Shown here one piece after another: positions 1-10,367 of a DNA stretch of 64,000 bases. The translations under genes were made by a program, and so were the position numbers. The stretch's first letter is position 1. Every line of letters starts with the position of its first letter. The notes beneath the pieces were generated by a model that searched no databases, was not told the origin of the DNA, and worked only from the letters and a program-made list of their open reading frames with translations. Source of the stretch: Candidatus Thorarchaeota archaeon SMTZ1-45 (GTDB lineage Archaea > Asgardarchaeota > Thorarchaeia > Thorarchaeales > Thorarchaeaceae); NCBI GenBank assembly GCA_001563335.1, contig LRSL01000055.1, positions 1 to 64,000 on the forward strand, given 5' to 3'.

Positions 1-496
1 GACTTGCACTAGCCCACACCATTCCTTCACGTGCCATCTGAGCAGCTAAAGCCTCACCCTCCGATGGTGCCTGAATGACAGGAATTCCTAATGCTGTGAG
101 CAGACCCTTGCTCTCATCAATCATGGAAGTTGTCAATCGGGAGCTACTTTTTGCCGCCTTAAGAGCATCCTCGATTCGTCCCTCAGCTTGAGCTGTCTTC
201 CATTCAATGTATGCAGCTTCGCGGATCTCTCTCCTCTTTTGAACTTCCTTGGCTTTTAATGTGGGAGCTTCGCCATCGAAGACATAGACTGGTAGAATTC
301 CATTCTCTAGTAAGTTGATGTTCCGATAGAACAGCCCACTCAGGTGGCTGGTAACTCGTCCCTGTCGGTCAGACAATGGCGTACCATCGGGTTGCCTTAT
401 GCTGGATAAAAATGCATAGATTGTGTTGAATGCATCAACAGCTATTTTCTTTCCAGACAAATCTTTCAGGGAGATTGCTGTTGCATCAACTGTCAT
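1..496 (-). CDS. fen: Flap endonuclease 1 (5' part; runs off window start)
   Basis: Not in ORF track. Manual translation from ATG at 496 gives [41 protein letters not shown]...[10 protein letters not shown]...VYVFDG...QAPSEGEA, the XPG-N/FEN1 motifs. Confidence 0.93.
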   Translation of the reverse strand, partial: [165 protein letters not shown]

Positions 497-626
497 TCAT
501 ACAATATATGACAGCTCAAGAATATATGCTTCGGGATGACACTCACACTTCGACAGATTTATAATAACTCATCAGCACGCCCCCAAAACTGGTGCTTATA
601 GCATCTGTAAATCTTCTGGTGATAAC

Positions 627-803
627 TTGGCAACGATGAGAGCTATCCGATGTACATCCTGTCACGCTTCTGTTTCTCCACAGGAAGATGGCGTGAAATT
701 TCAATGTCCATCATGTGGTGAATTCACCATATGGCGTTGTGAGTCATGTAGACGATTTTCGAATAGGTACACATGCCCTAACTGTGGATTTGAGGGACCA
801 TAA
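627..803 (+). CDS. Small Zn-ribbon protein (HVO_2753/DUF1610-like), 58 aa
   Basis: Not in ORF track. TTG start after GGTGAT; CTSC..F.CPSCG..IWRCESCR..Y.CPNCGFEGP*. Conserved archaeal position upstream of aEF-1beta. Confidence 0.9.
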   Translation: MATMRAIRCTSCHASVSPQEDGVKFQCPSCGEFTIWRCESCRRFSNRYTCPNCGFEGP

Positions 804-826
804 CCAAATTCTAGAGATGATATCAA

Positions 827-1093
827 ATGGCACGAGTAGTTATGACCCTCCGAATAATGCCTGAGGATGTTGAAATTGACTTAGATGATCTACTTGAGAG
901 AATCAAGCGTGTGATTCCAGAAGGAACAGACTTGGGAGCTACAGAAACGCAGCCCGTGGCCTTTGGTCTTCAAGCACTCAGAATGAATCTTTCACGCGAC
1001 GAGTCTTTGGGTGGCACTGATGATATCGAAGAGGCAATAGGCGCTGTGGAGGGAGTATCACAAGTCGAAGTAGAAAGAGTGTCTAGAATGTAG
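827..1093 (+). CDS. ef1b: Elongation factor 1-beta
   Basis: 88 aa; IMPE.VEIDLD.L and PVAFGL.AL motifs. Confidence 0.93.
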   Translation: MARVVMTLRIMPEDVEIDLDDLLERIKRVIPEGTDLGATETQPVAFGLQALRMNLSRDESLGGTDDIEEAIGAVEGVSQVEVERVSRM

Positions 1094-1302
1094 TAGGCGC
1101 GGAATCCAAGCGTTCTTGATTCATTCAGAGCTCTTTGAAAGGTATTAAGCACCCATAGAGTAACATAGCTAAGTTCTGTATCTGAATATATTGGTAAACA
1201 AAGAAACATTGAATAACGGAAACTGGACGATTCTTAATGATTGAACTAATCACGTCCGGTTTCTCATACTATAATAATGGTATAGGAGGATGCTTCAAAG
1301 AA

Positions 1303-3510
1303 ATGGTCGAAATAATCCTAAAGGTCGCAGAGGCCGAGCACAGAGATATTGGTAGGTTCATAGTCCGTATTGACGCTGTTTCAATGGAGAAGCTGGGAGT
1401 TAGAACTGGGGATATTATCCAAATCAAGGGCAAAAGGTTGACTGCAGCCATTGCATGGCCAGCATATCAAGGTGATAAGGGTAGAGAAATTATTCGGATG
1501 GATGGTCGAATCAGAAGGAATGCAGGCGTGAGTCTAAGCGAGAAAGTGACCGTTACAAGAGCTAACGAAGAGCCTGCAAAGAATGTGACTCTTGCACCCA
1601 CATCGGTTCCAATCAGACCAGAACCTCGATTCGAGGAATTTGTCAAGAGGAAACTCCTCAACTGTCCTGTTACGACCCAAGATACTGTGTTTATTCCGAT
1701 TCTTGGAAGGGCTATTCCCTTCAAAGTCACCTCCATAAAACCAGCTGGTACAGTGGTAGTACAACATTCAACAATTCTAGCCATAGCAGAGAAACCAACA
1801 GGGGATGTTGTGGGTGCAGCACAGGTGACCTATGAGGAGATTGGTGGACTATCTGACGCAATACAGAGAATAAGAGAGATGGTTGAACTCCCAATGAAAC
1901 ATCCTGAGATCTTTAAGAGATTGGGAATTGACCCACCTCGAGGGCTTATTCTTCATGGACCACCAGGTACAGGAAAGACACTGCTAGCCAAGGCAGTTGC
2001 TGGTGAGTCTGAGGCCAACTTTGTTCATATCAATGGTCCAGAGATTATGTCCAAGTTTTATGGAGAGTCAGAGCAGAAGCTTCGAAAGATTTTCGAAGAG
2101 GCTGAAGAAAACGCGCCAAGTATCATATTTATTGATGAGCTAGATGCTATCGCACCTAAGAGAGAAGATGTGCAAGGCGAGGTCGAGAGACGTGTAGTTG
2201 CACAGCTTCTGGCAACAATGGATGGGCTTAAGGTACGTGGTCAAGTAGTAGTAATAGGTGCAACAAATCGTGTGAATGCGCTTGATCCCGCTCTTCGGCG
2301 GCCAGGTAGATTTGACAGAGAGATTGAGATTGGAGTTCCAGATGAAACAGGAAGATTGGAAGTACTTCATATTCACTCAAGAGGCATGCCATTGACCACG
2401 GAGGGTAGTGGGACAGTAGACTTGCAGAATCTGGCAAAGATCACTCATGGATTTGTAGGCGCAGACCTTCATGCACTATGCAGAGAGGCTGCAATGAAAG
2501 CTCTTAGAAGATACCTCCCTCAAATCGATTTGGAGGCCGAGGAAATCCCCCAAGATGTGCTGGATAAACTTGAGGTTCATAATGGAGATTTTCTGGAGGC
2601 ATTGAAAGAAATTCAACCCTCTGCAGTCAGAGAAGTGTTCATTGAAGTTCCGGATGTGAAATGGAGCGACATTGGAGGATTGGACCAAGCAAAACAAGAG
2701 CTAAAGGAAGTTGTTGAATGGCCGCTCAAAAGACCAGAGTCATTCCGACGACTGGGAATCACACCACCCAAAGGAGTCCTTGTTTTTGGACCACCTGGTT
2801 GTGGAAAGACTCTCCTAGCAAGAGCTGTGGCAACTGAGAGTGAGGCCAACTTCATTAGTGTTAAGGGACCAGAGCTAATATCAAAATGGGTCGGAGAAAG
2901 TGAAAAAGCTATCAGAGAAGTATTCAGAAAAGCAAGGACCGCTGCGCCTGCCATTATCTTCTTTGATGAAATTGACGCGTTGGCACCAACAAGAGGAGCT
3001 GGAGGAGATGGTCCTGGAGCAGTACACAATCAGAGAGTAATCAGCCAACTCCTAACAGAGATGGATGGATTGGAGTCAATGAAGGATATCGTTGTTATCG
3101 CTGCGACAAATCGTCCAGAATTAATAGACAAAGCTCTCCTAAGAACTGGCAGGTTTGATCGATTTGTCTATGTGGATGCTCCAAATGCAGAGAGTAGAAG
3201 GGCAATTTTTGAAATCTATACTAAGGGTATGCCCCTTGATGCAGATGTCGAAAAGCAGTTTGACAAACTTGTTGAACTAACAGAGGACTATGTCGGAGGA
3301 GACATCGAAGCAATCTGCAGAGAAGCTGGAATGAGAGCTTTGAGGGAGAATATGGAAACTGAGGCTGTTTCTTGGAAGCATTTCCAAGATGCTATTGGGT
3401 CCGTGCATTCATCAGTGACTAAGGAGATGCTAGAACGCTATAGAAAGATGGATCAAACGCTTCGTAGAACCACTGAAGTAGACGCTGCAGCACATGCAAT
3501 GTATGGCTAA
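1303..3510 (+). CDS. cdc48: Cdc48/VCP/p97 AAA+ ATPase
   Basis: Two AAA modules ([15 protein letters not shown]; [14 protein letters not shown]), N-domain, C-terminal HbYX-like MYG. Start moved to ATG 1303 after GGAGG. Confidence 0.97.
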   Translation: MVEIILKVAEAEHRDIGRFIVRIDAVSMEKLGVRTGDIIQIKGKRLTAAIAWPAYQGDKGREIIRMDGRIRRNAGVSLSEKVTVTRANEEPAKNVTLAPTSVPIRPEPRFEEFVKRKLLNCPVTTQDTVFIPILGRAIPFKVTSIKPAGTVVVQHSTILAIAEKPTGDVVGAAQVTYEEIGGLSDAIQRIREMVELPMKHPEIFKRLGIDPPRGLILHGPPGTGKTLLAKAVAGESEANFVHINGPEIMSKFYGESEQKLRKIFEEAEENAPSIIFIDELDAIAPKREDVQGEVERRVVAQLLATMDGLKVRGQVVVIGATNRVNALDPALRRPGRFDREIEIGVPDETGRLEVLHIHSRGMPLTTEGSGTVDLQNLAKITHGFVGADLHALCREAAMKALRRYLPQIDLEAEEIPQDVLDKLEVHNGDFLEALKEIQPSAVREVFIEVPDVKWSDIGGLDQAKQELKEVVEWPLKRPESFRRLGITPPKGVLVFGPPGCGKTLLARAVATESEANFISVKGPELISKWVGESEKAIREVFRKARTAAPAIIFFDEIDALAPTRGAGGDGPGAVHNQRVISQLLTEMDGLESMKDIVVIAATNRPELIDKALLRTGRFDRFVYVDAPNAESRRAIFEIYTKGMPLDADVEKQFDKLVELTEDYVGGDIEAICREAGMRALRENMETEAVSWKHFQDAIGSVHSSVTKEMLERYRKMDQTLRRTTEVDAAAHAMYG

Positions 3511-3529
3511 GCAATGAGGTGAGAGAGAA

Positions 3530-3790
3530 TTGGCCCCGTGGAATGCAATGCCTATGACAAATTTGATTGTTGATATTGTAAAGAAACGACGAGGAGTCAT
3601 CCTGGATGATGAGCTCATAAGGGCGTTGAAAAAGGAACTTGGAGCAGAGCCTAGTGAGGCTGAACTCAATGAAGCTTTACTAGTCCTCGAAATAAATGGG
3701 CTTGTTCATGTCAGTCAAATAACAAAGACAAAACGTCGAATCGAGGTCATCACTGAAGCAGAAACTTTCCTCGCTGTAGACGAAGACTAA
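3530..3790 (+). CDS. Small winged-helix-like protein
   Basis: 86 aa; ELNEALLVLEINGLVHV wHTH-like pattern; GAGGTGA RBS; directly after cdc48. Confidence 0.7.
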   Translation: MAPWNAMPMTNLIVDIVKKRRGVILDDELIRALKKELGAEPSEAELNEALLVLEINGLVHVSQITKTKRRIEVITEAETFLAVDED

Positions 3791-3808
3791 ACCTCAGGTG
3801 TAATCCCA

Positions 3809-4270
3809 ATGAGAGGAATAAGAGTCCTTGCAGCGGGAAAGTTCGATATACTTCACTTGGGACATATCTCTTATCTTGAACAGGCAAGAGAACTGGCGGG
3901 AGAAAATGGAGAACTAATTGTAGTAATTGCCCTCGATAAGACAATTCTCAGAGAGCGAGGTGCCCCACCTGTGTTTCCACAGGAGCAAAGACGCAAAATT
4001 GTAGAGTCGTTAAAATTTGTTGACAGGGCTGTAATTGGTCTTGACACTGATGACCATACTTTGATTGTTTCAGATATAAATCCAGATATCATTGCCCTTG
4101 GTTACGACCAGTATACGGATACCGATTCACTTGAGGCTTATTTTGTAAGTAAAGGAATGAAGACCAAGATTGTGAGATTGGAGAAACGTGATGCTGATGG
4201 TCTGTGTTCGTCTACATTGATAAGAGAGCGTATAATTGACTATTATCGCGAGAATGGAACACCTCGGTAG
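3809..4270 (+). CDS. ribL: FAD synthetase / cytidylyltransferase-family nucleotidyltransferase
   Basis: GKFDILHLGH (HxGH), PDIIALGYDQ, SST motifs. Confidence 0.85.
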   Translation: MRGIRVLAAGKFDILHLGHISYLEQARELAGENGELIVVIALDKTILRERGAPPVFPQEQRRKIVESLKFVDRAVIGLDTDDHTLIVSDINPDIIALGYDQYTDTDSLEAYFVSKGMKTKIVRLEKRDADGLCSSTLIRERIIDYYRENGTPR

Positions 4271-4274
4271 GGAG

Positions 4275-5627
4275 TTAAATAATAAGTTCTCCTCGAGTTT
4301 CAGCTTCTTTCATTAGCTTTATTTTCCGGTCTCTGCGATCAAATTCCCATTTCCATAGTAAATATGTCATTCCTGCAAGAATGCCAATGAGAATTAAGCC
4401 AAGGAAAGTACCCACTCTCAAAGGAAAGTGTCCCACGAAATCACGTAGAGGACCAGGATCTCCACTGAAATATGGCCAATTGCATAATAGTCCAAATGCA
4501 TAGAGAAAACCAACCACTACCATTTCTTTCAAGTATCCACTAGCTCGTTTATCACTGTCAAAGAGAATTACAAGTGGTGCAAGCCAGTAGAGATACCAAG
4601 GCATGACCCACCGAAAGACAAAGAGTATCCCTGGTAACAAGTAAAGGTAGAAATACTTGAGCTCAAGTATTTTTTGCCAAAGCGATTTCCCTTCAAGGTC
4701 AGTTTTTGCTGGTAAATATTGTCTTATGGTAAAAATCATGAAGGGGACATAGATGACAAGTGGAATCGCTGCAGGTAGCCACCAATAGTATGAGATTGGG
4801 TCTGTGGATAAGTTAGGTGTACCCCATATCAGTCCAGGATACATAGAATTCACAATGTATTCACTGTAACTGGATGTATTGAGGATGTGAGAGATAAGAG
4901 ACTCAAAACTTGCTCCGAAGAATGATGGAATCACTGTAGCAAACATTGAAACAATAAACCAAACTGAGGATACAGGATTCATAATAAAGTAGAGGGGAAA
5001 TAATACAGCTGGATACACCTTAGTCTGTACACTTAATCCTAAGGTAAACATTGCTTTCCCATGCTGGTTTTCTTGCCAAAGAACCATGGACATGAAAAAT
5101 AAGCAATCCACAAGTGGTTCGAGTTTACCACCACCAGCAGACATGATGAGTCCGTATACAAAGTATCCAGCGAAGAACATTCGTGCCCATTGTTTAGTCT
5201 GTAGTTTTTCTTTCAGAAGAATAGAAAGTAAAACAAGGTTCAGGTTGAATACAAGTACTAATATGAAATTAAGCCAGAGTGGTTGCAGTCCTCCCGCACC
5301 AGGGAACAACCATGTAGCTATTGCAAAAAAAATGAACCCAAAGATTGGGTACTCATAAGCCACCCCGCCCAAATAATCAGGTAGTACATGGTATGTGTCG
5401 TTGTAGGGAAAACCTAAAGCTGCCATAGAATCAGCGAGATGCGTGTCATTCATAGTATAGACGCTAAATCCATAGATCCAGAAAGCTTCACCATACATCT
5501 CACTTCGATTTCGGTCTCTCTGGATAACTAGAACATCAGCTATAGGTATTGCGATTAGTGAAACTACAAGCGTTAGTACGAGGTACTTTCGATACCTGTA
5601 TATATGCAGACTAATCGCTGACAGCAT
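4275..5627 (-). CDS. Polytopic membrane protein, GT-C fold (GT87-like) glycosyltransferase candidate
   Basis: About 11 hydrophobic segments; YEYP loop motif, LGLSVQTKVYP, PWYLYW typical of GT87/PIG-M-like proteins. Confidence 0.6.
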   Translation of the reverse strand: MLSAISLHIYRYRKYLVLTLVVSLIAIPIADVLVIQRDRNRSEMYGEAFWIYGFSVYTMNDTHLADSMAALGFPYNDTYHVLPDYLGGVAYEYPIFGFIFFAIATWLFPGAGGLQPLWLNFILVLVFNLNLVLLSILLKEKLQTKQWARMFFAGYFVYGLIMSAGGGKLEPLVDCLFFMSMVLWQENQHGKAMFTLGLSVQTKVYPAVLFPLYFIMNPVSSVWFIVSMFATVIPSFFGASFESLISHILNTSSYSEYIVNSMYPGLIWGTPNLSTDPISYYWWLPAAIPLVIYVPFMIFTIRQYLPAKTDLEGKSLWQKILELKYFYLYLLPGILFVFRWVMPWYLYWLAPLVILFDSDKRASGYLKEMVVVGFLYAFGLLCNWPYFSGDPGPLRDFVGHFPLRVGTFLGLILIGILAGMTYLLWKWEFDRRDRKIKLMKEAETRGELII

Positions 5628-5710
5628 TATACACTCAACTGAGGCTTCTGGCTAAAGCAGAGATAATAAGCTTGCTGTTACAAGACAACATATACTGCGT
5701 CTTGTTCTGA

Positions 5711-7663
5711 CTATGTGAGATATGTTGGGCAAGGCCAATTGTCACACTTGAGACAGTTCGTGCACTTCTTTTCATCAACAGAGATCTTACCAGAATCTAT
5801 GGAGAGTGCACCATGTTCACACTGAGGAACACAAGAACCACATTCTTGGCAGAATATTGCTCGTTTTACAGCACGTTCCATCTTTTCGGTCAACCGGTCC
5901 ACAGTTTTTTCATCAGTCCCCCTGACAACTACGGACCCTGAGCTAAAGAGAGAGATGCTATTCTCACCAGTTGTTGTCCTTAGAGCACCCATCTCTTCCG
6001 ACAGTCTTGTTTTACCGAATATTGGAAATACCTTTGAAACTCGATTCAAATCGATTCCTGAGGAGAAAGTACCCTCTAGGCTGAACCCAGATTTTGTACA
6101 GGGTGCAATACCCTTAGTCACTTGAAGTTCTAGATTTTCCCCTGGACTAGATCGGTCGGGTTTGATGTCCAGACCAAGTTTGTTGACCAGATTCATCTGT
6201 CCCTTAGGTAGTGTTTTCCATCTCCAGAAACCCATCTCAATCCATTCGCTTGGGAACCCATACTTCCTTGCCCAGTCTTGCATCATGGATGTCCATCTAG
6301 CATGATACTCTGGATGAGTTTCTCGTAGACTCTCTAGCTCGGCTAGAGGTGATGAGGGACATAGATAGCAGCCCATCCTATGATACCCTTGGTTGTATAA
6401 TGGATTGAAGGCAGCCTTTTCTCTGAAAATATAGAGCCATACCTCAAGGGCATTCCAATTCTGGATTGGATTGGCAGAGATTTGTCCAGGAACCCATGGG
6501 TTCTCAGTGACACGAGGTTCAATAGAACGTTGAAATGACTCCAGTTTTCGTTGCCCCATGAAACTCAGTGTTTCTCCTCCTATCTCGTCCGCAATCGAGG
6601 TGGCTGCTGGACCAAGCTTCAACACTTTGCAGCACCAGCGAAAGTCGCGGGCAGGAGGGCCAAAAACATCAACTGATTCCCAGAATCGATCACCAGCCTC
6701 CTGTCCAATGATTAGGACCTTTCGACTTTCTGCAAAGTTCCTTATGTACTCTACAGTTTCAGGAAGTTCGATGCCTGTATCCATAAAGAAGACTGGTGGA
6801 CTGTATTCCATTGCTTTTTCCACGACTAAGTATGTTGCAAGTGAGTCCTTGCCACCACTGAAGCCAACGACTATTGGAATGTCTTGCTTTGAAGCAGTTC
6901 GTTTGATGAATGAGATGGCTTCCTCCTCGACTTTGACCAAGTCATTAAAATTGGACTTCACAACATCCTCCCATGTGGATGTTTTTTCATTGTCCGAAGA
7001 GAGAGCAGGGTCTGCAACTGCTCGGATCTTCACTGCAAAGCCTTTCTTCTCCTTTGCCATCTCTTCGCCATTCATCCGAGATATGCCTGAGGCAATGACC
7101 TGACCATTAGGGTCAGTCAGCCACACTTCATCGTCAACCTGAATCTCTGAGTCACACCCTGCAATACCTGGGACCATGAGATTGGCTCCATCCTTGAGGT
7201 ATTTCAGGACTCCATCGTGTATTGTGATCCATTTCTGCTTGCTCACAGCACCTATTCTACGGGCACCCTCGAGGGAGAGCAGAAAAGTGTAGGTCAGGTT
7301 TTTGATTTCAAACCTTAATCGACCAACAATGTAGCCATCAACAATTATCTCATACATTGCATCAAGTGAGGGAACTTTGTTCATCACAATTGTTTTGTTG
7401 GATGGCAGAATTGATTCTCCAACGCCCTCACCAAATTGTGCGTTAAGTGCTTTCTTTGCCTTTTCAAGATGGCCATCCATAGAAGGGAATGGGTCTCCTG
7501 GTGGAGAGATATCAACCGTTCTTGGCATCGTTCCGCAAGTGCTACATTCAGTGAGAGCTATCCTAGGAACATTGCATACATCACACCAGAAGAAACGGAT
7601 TTTTGCAAGATACGGAGCATGACCTCTTCGAAATTTCCTAGGTCTTCGATTTCCTCTGGCCAG
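5711..7663 (-). CDS. PAPS-reductase-family protein with N-terminal Zn ribbon, PUA domain and C-terminal ferredoxin domain
   Basis: FSGGKDS PP-loop, RWCCKVLK, GCYLCP, C-terminal CxxCxxCxxxC. The frame stays open upstream of the tracked ATG 7528 through WCDVCNVP..CSTCG; proposed CTG start at 7663. Confidence 0.85.
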   Translation of the reverse strand: MARGNRRPRKFRRGHAPYLAKIRFFWCDVCNVPRIALTECSTCGTMPRTVDISPPGDPFPSMDGHLEKAKKALNAQFGEGVGESILPSNKTIVMNKVPSLDAMYEIIVDGYIVGRLRFEIKNLTYTFLLSLEGARRIGAVSKQKWITIHDGVLKYLKDGANLMVPGIAGCDSEIQVDDEVWLTDPNGQVIASGISRMNGEEMAKEKKGFAVKIRAVADPALSSDNEKTSTWEDVVKSNFNDLVKVEEEAISFIKRTASKQDIPIVVGFSGGKDSLATYLVVEKAMEYSPPVFFMDTGIELPETVEYIRNFAESRKVLIIGQEAGDRFWESVDVFGPPARDFRWCCKVLKLGPAATSIADEIGGETLSFMGQRKLESFQRSIEPRVTENPWVPGQISANPIQNWNALEVWLYIFREKAAFNPLYNQGYHRMGCYLCPSSPLAELESLRETHPEYHARWTSMMQDWARKYGFPSEWIEMGFWRWKTLPKGQMNLVNKLGLDIKPDRSSPGENLELQVTKGIAPCTKSGFSLEGTFSSGIDLNRVSKVFPIFGKTRLSEEMGALRTTTGENSISLFSSGSVVVRGTDEKTVDRLTEKMERAVKRAIFCQECGSCVPQCEHGALSIDSGKISVDEKKCTNCLKCDNWPCPTYLT

Positions 7664-7706
7664 TTGGATCCAGCTCCATTAGCTATGATGGCACCACTCA
7701 GGGAAG

Positions 7707-9463
7707 CTATTTCCCTGTTGTTATAGGGATGTCAAGCTTCTTCAGCGTGTCTGAGGTTGGTCGACCTTCTTTATCCCACCCTCGAAGTTTGTAGTACTCT
7801 GTTAGCATCATATCAAGATGTACAATTCGCTTTCTTGAACCTCCCTCCGGGAGCGGTTTGAAGAACCTTGGTGGAAGAGTGTCATCTTGTGAAGTGAGTC
7901 CCTCTCGGAGATTGAAGAGACGTTCTAAGTTGTAGATTCGTTCACCTAACTGAAGTAAATCACGACCTGTGAGATTGAGACCTGTTCCAGCAGAGAGCAT
8001 CTCGGCATAATCGTCAACAGTCCATGCAAAGTTTGTGAACCTACAGACGACCATACAGTCCATTGCTGCAGAGAGGTCCTGATAGAGCATCACAAGGTCA
8101 GCCTTTCCATCAGGTCTATCACGGTCTACAAGAACAGGGGAACCCAGTACCTCGGGTCCAATCAAATAAGACCTTAGATGACAACCTCCACGGTTCGACG
8201 TGGCATAACCAAGAGCATGTCCCTGTGCACCACGAGGATCATATGCAGGGAGTTCAAGTCCCTTTACCTGCATTGCAAGCTCGGGAGCTCCATACCTCTC
8301 AGCAAGTCTCTTTGATCCCTCACTTATTTCAGCCCCAAGACCTCGCATATGAGCAATATCATCTAGGATATCAAGAAGACCAGTTGTGTCACCAAATCTT
8401 AGAGGCGCTTCAAGATTTCCCTTTTCTACAAGTTCCATTGCAGCTCCAATGGTAGAACCTGTAGATATTGTATCTAGACCAAGACGATTACAATGGTCAT
8501 TAGCAATGGCAATCCATTCTAGGTCGTTTATACCACACTGAGGACCAAGAGCCCATAGAGACTCATATTCAGGCCCTCCAACTTTCTTTCCTTGAATTAG
8601 ACTGACACGTCCGCACCCAATGGGACAACCATGACAGTGGTATGTTCCTGCTGAAAACCGTTCAAGGAGCTTTTCGCCAGACACACCCTCAGCATCATTG
8701 AATGTACCCTCTTGGAAATTGTGTGTGGGAAGCATACCCAGTTCATTCGCCACACTCACGAGTACTGGTGTACCATACACAGGAAGCGATTTGTCAGTCA
8801 CAGCATTCTTCTTGATGAGTCTACGAGCACGTTCTACAGCATCCTTGAGTCTTTCGGGGTCATGTACTCCAACCTCTCCTGTGCCTTTTGCAACGATTGC
8901 TTTGAGGTTCTTTGACCCCATAACAGCCCCTCGGCCATCAGTCCTAGATTTTCCCCGGCTGGGCCAATACAGGCAACTTGAGCCTTGGGGTCAGTTTCTT
9001 CCAACAACTCATCAGTTGTGGCATATGTGTCCTTTCCCCAAAGCTTTGAGGCGTCTCTAATCTCAACATCATCATCATTAATCCATAGATAGACAGGAGT
9101 TTCTGCTTTTCCATGAAAGACAACAGCTGCGAACCCTGCGCGTCTTAGCTGAGCACCAAAGTACCCTCCTGCATGAGAGTCAAATATCGTACCAGTTGTT
9201 GGAGACTTGGTTACTACAACAAACCGTCCTGCAGTTGGGACACTCGTTGCAGTTGATGGACCTACTGCAAACACAAGGATGTTGTCAGGAGTCAGAGCAT
9301 CCGTCCCCGGTGCAAGATTATCAAAAAGGAGCTTGACTCCAAGCCCTCTACCTCCGAGATACTGTCTGAATAGATCAGGAGGGAGAGACTCTTTATGAAT
9401 GCTTTTGTCGTTCAGAGAAACATGCAGGAGTGGTGCATCTGAATAGAGTGAAGATTTTGACAT
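7707..9463 (-). pseudogene. aor: Tungsten aldehyde:ferredoxin oxidoreductase, split into two frames (8834-9463 and 7707-8921)
   Basis: N-part YLGGRGLG..KSP.TG..CIGPAGEN; C-part GAVMGSKNLKAI, CHGCPIGC, GPEYE, GLDTIS, SNRGGCHL. Frame change near 8930 with conserved residues missing. Confidence 0.8.
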
Positions 9464-9475
9464 GTTGTTTACCTC

Positions 9476-10297
9476 CTAATCATTGAAGACGTTGTGTTCT
9501 TTATCAGGACAAGTGAGACATCGCTCTTTGTACCACTTGTAGACTTCCTTCGGTTGCTTTGCCATGTTAGCCTGTCGACTTGGACAAGTCCAACATGGCT
9601 TGTCAGGTGCCATCCACGAGTCACTATATTTAGCCCACCGAAAGTCTTCAACTATTGCAACACCTGCACTCGTTCCAATTCGATCAGCTCCAGCATCAAT
9701 CACACGAATTGCATCTTTGAATGAACGAATTCCACCAGCAGCCTTGACACCCATTGATGGACCAACTGTTTCACGCATTAGCCTAACATCATGTGGTGTA
9801 GCGCCCATTGGACCAAACCCAGTAGAGGTCTTGACAAAATCAGCTCCAGCCTCTTTACATATGATACATGCTTTTCGTTTCTGGTCATCCGTGAGGAAAC
9901 CCGTTTCAAGTATAACCTTGATATGTGCATCTCCAGAAGCTTCTACAACTGCTTCAATATCACGTTTAACAAGGTCATAGTTCTCATCTCGCATGGCTCC
10001 AATATTCATGACCATGTCAACCTCTTGAGCTCCAGCACTGACAACATCAGCTGTTTCGCAAGCTTTCACCTCAGGTGTTGTAGCGCCAAGAGGAAATCCT
10101 ACCACAATACAAACCTTCACCGAGGTGTTTCTCAGAAGTTCCACAGCATATGCAGTATGAACTGGATTGATACAGACCGCTGCAAAATTGTAGATTGTTG
10201 CTTCATCACACAGTTGTTTGATCTTCGCTTTGGTTGATTCTGGTTTGAGAACTGTATGATCAATATACTTGGCTAATTTTTCCACTGTGAGATCCAT
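9476..10297 (-). CDS. deoC: Deoxyribose-phosphate aldolase with Cys-rich C-terminal extension
   Basis: IDHT.LKP, VGFPLG, KVILET, FVKTSTGF, VKAAGGI, RIGTS. Confidence 0.95.
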   Translation of the reverse strand: MDLTVEKLAKYIDHTVLKPESTKAKIKQLCDEATIYNFAAVCINPVHTAYAVELLRNTSVKVCIVVGFPLGATTPEVKACETADVVSAGAQEVDMVMNIGAMRDENYDLVKRDIEAVVEASGDAHIKVILETGFLTDDQKRKACIICKEAGADFVKTSTGFGPMGATPHDVRLMRETVGPSMGVKAAGGIRSFKDAIRVIDAGADRIGTSAGVAIVEDFRWAKYSDSWMAPDKPCWTCPSRQANMAKQPKEVYKWYKERCLTCPDKEHNVFND

Positions 10298-10367
10298 GGA
10301 GATGCCTCCAGATGTGGAAAAGCTGCACTCATCACAATAAACCCTTCGAATTCACCAAGCAACGTGT

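Noticed and set aside
1237-1302. ORF-track N-terminal extensions (cdc48; likewise hef, atpB, atpF, VOC, roadblock 47274)
   Set aside because: Homology begins at downstream starts, several with SD motifs; the extensions are longest-ORF artefacts.
8930-8960. Programmed -1 frameshift at GGGGAAAA in aor
   Set aside because: The run is not phased as an X XXY YYZ heptamer, and a shift would still leave conserved residues missing.
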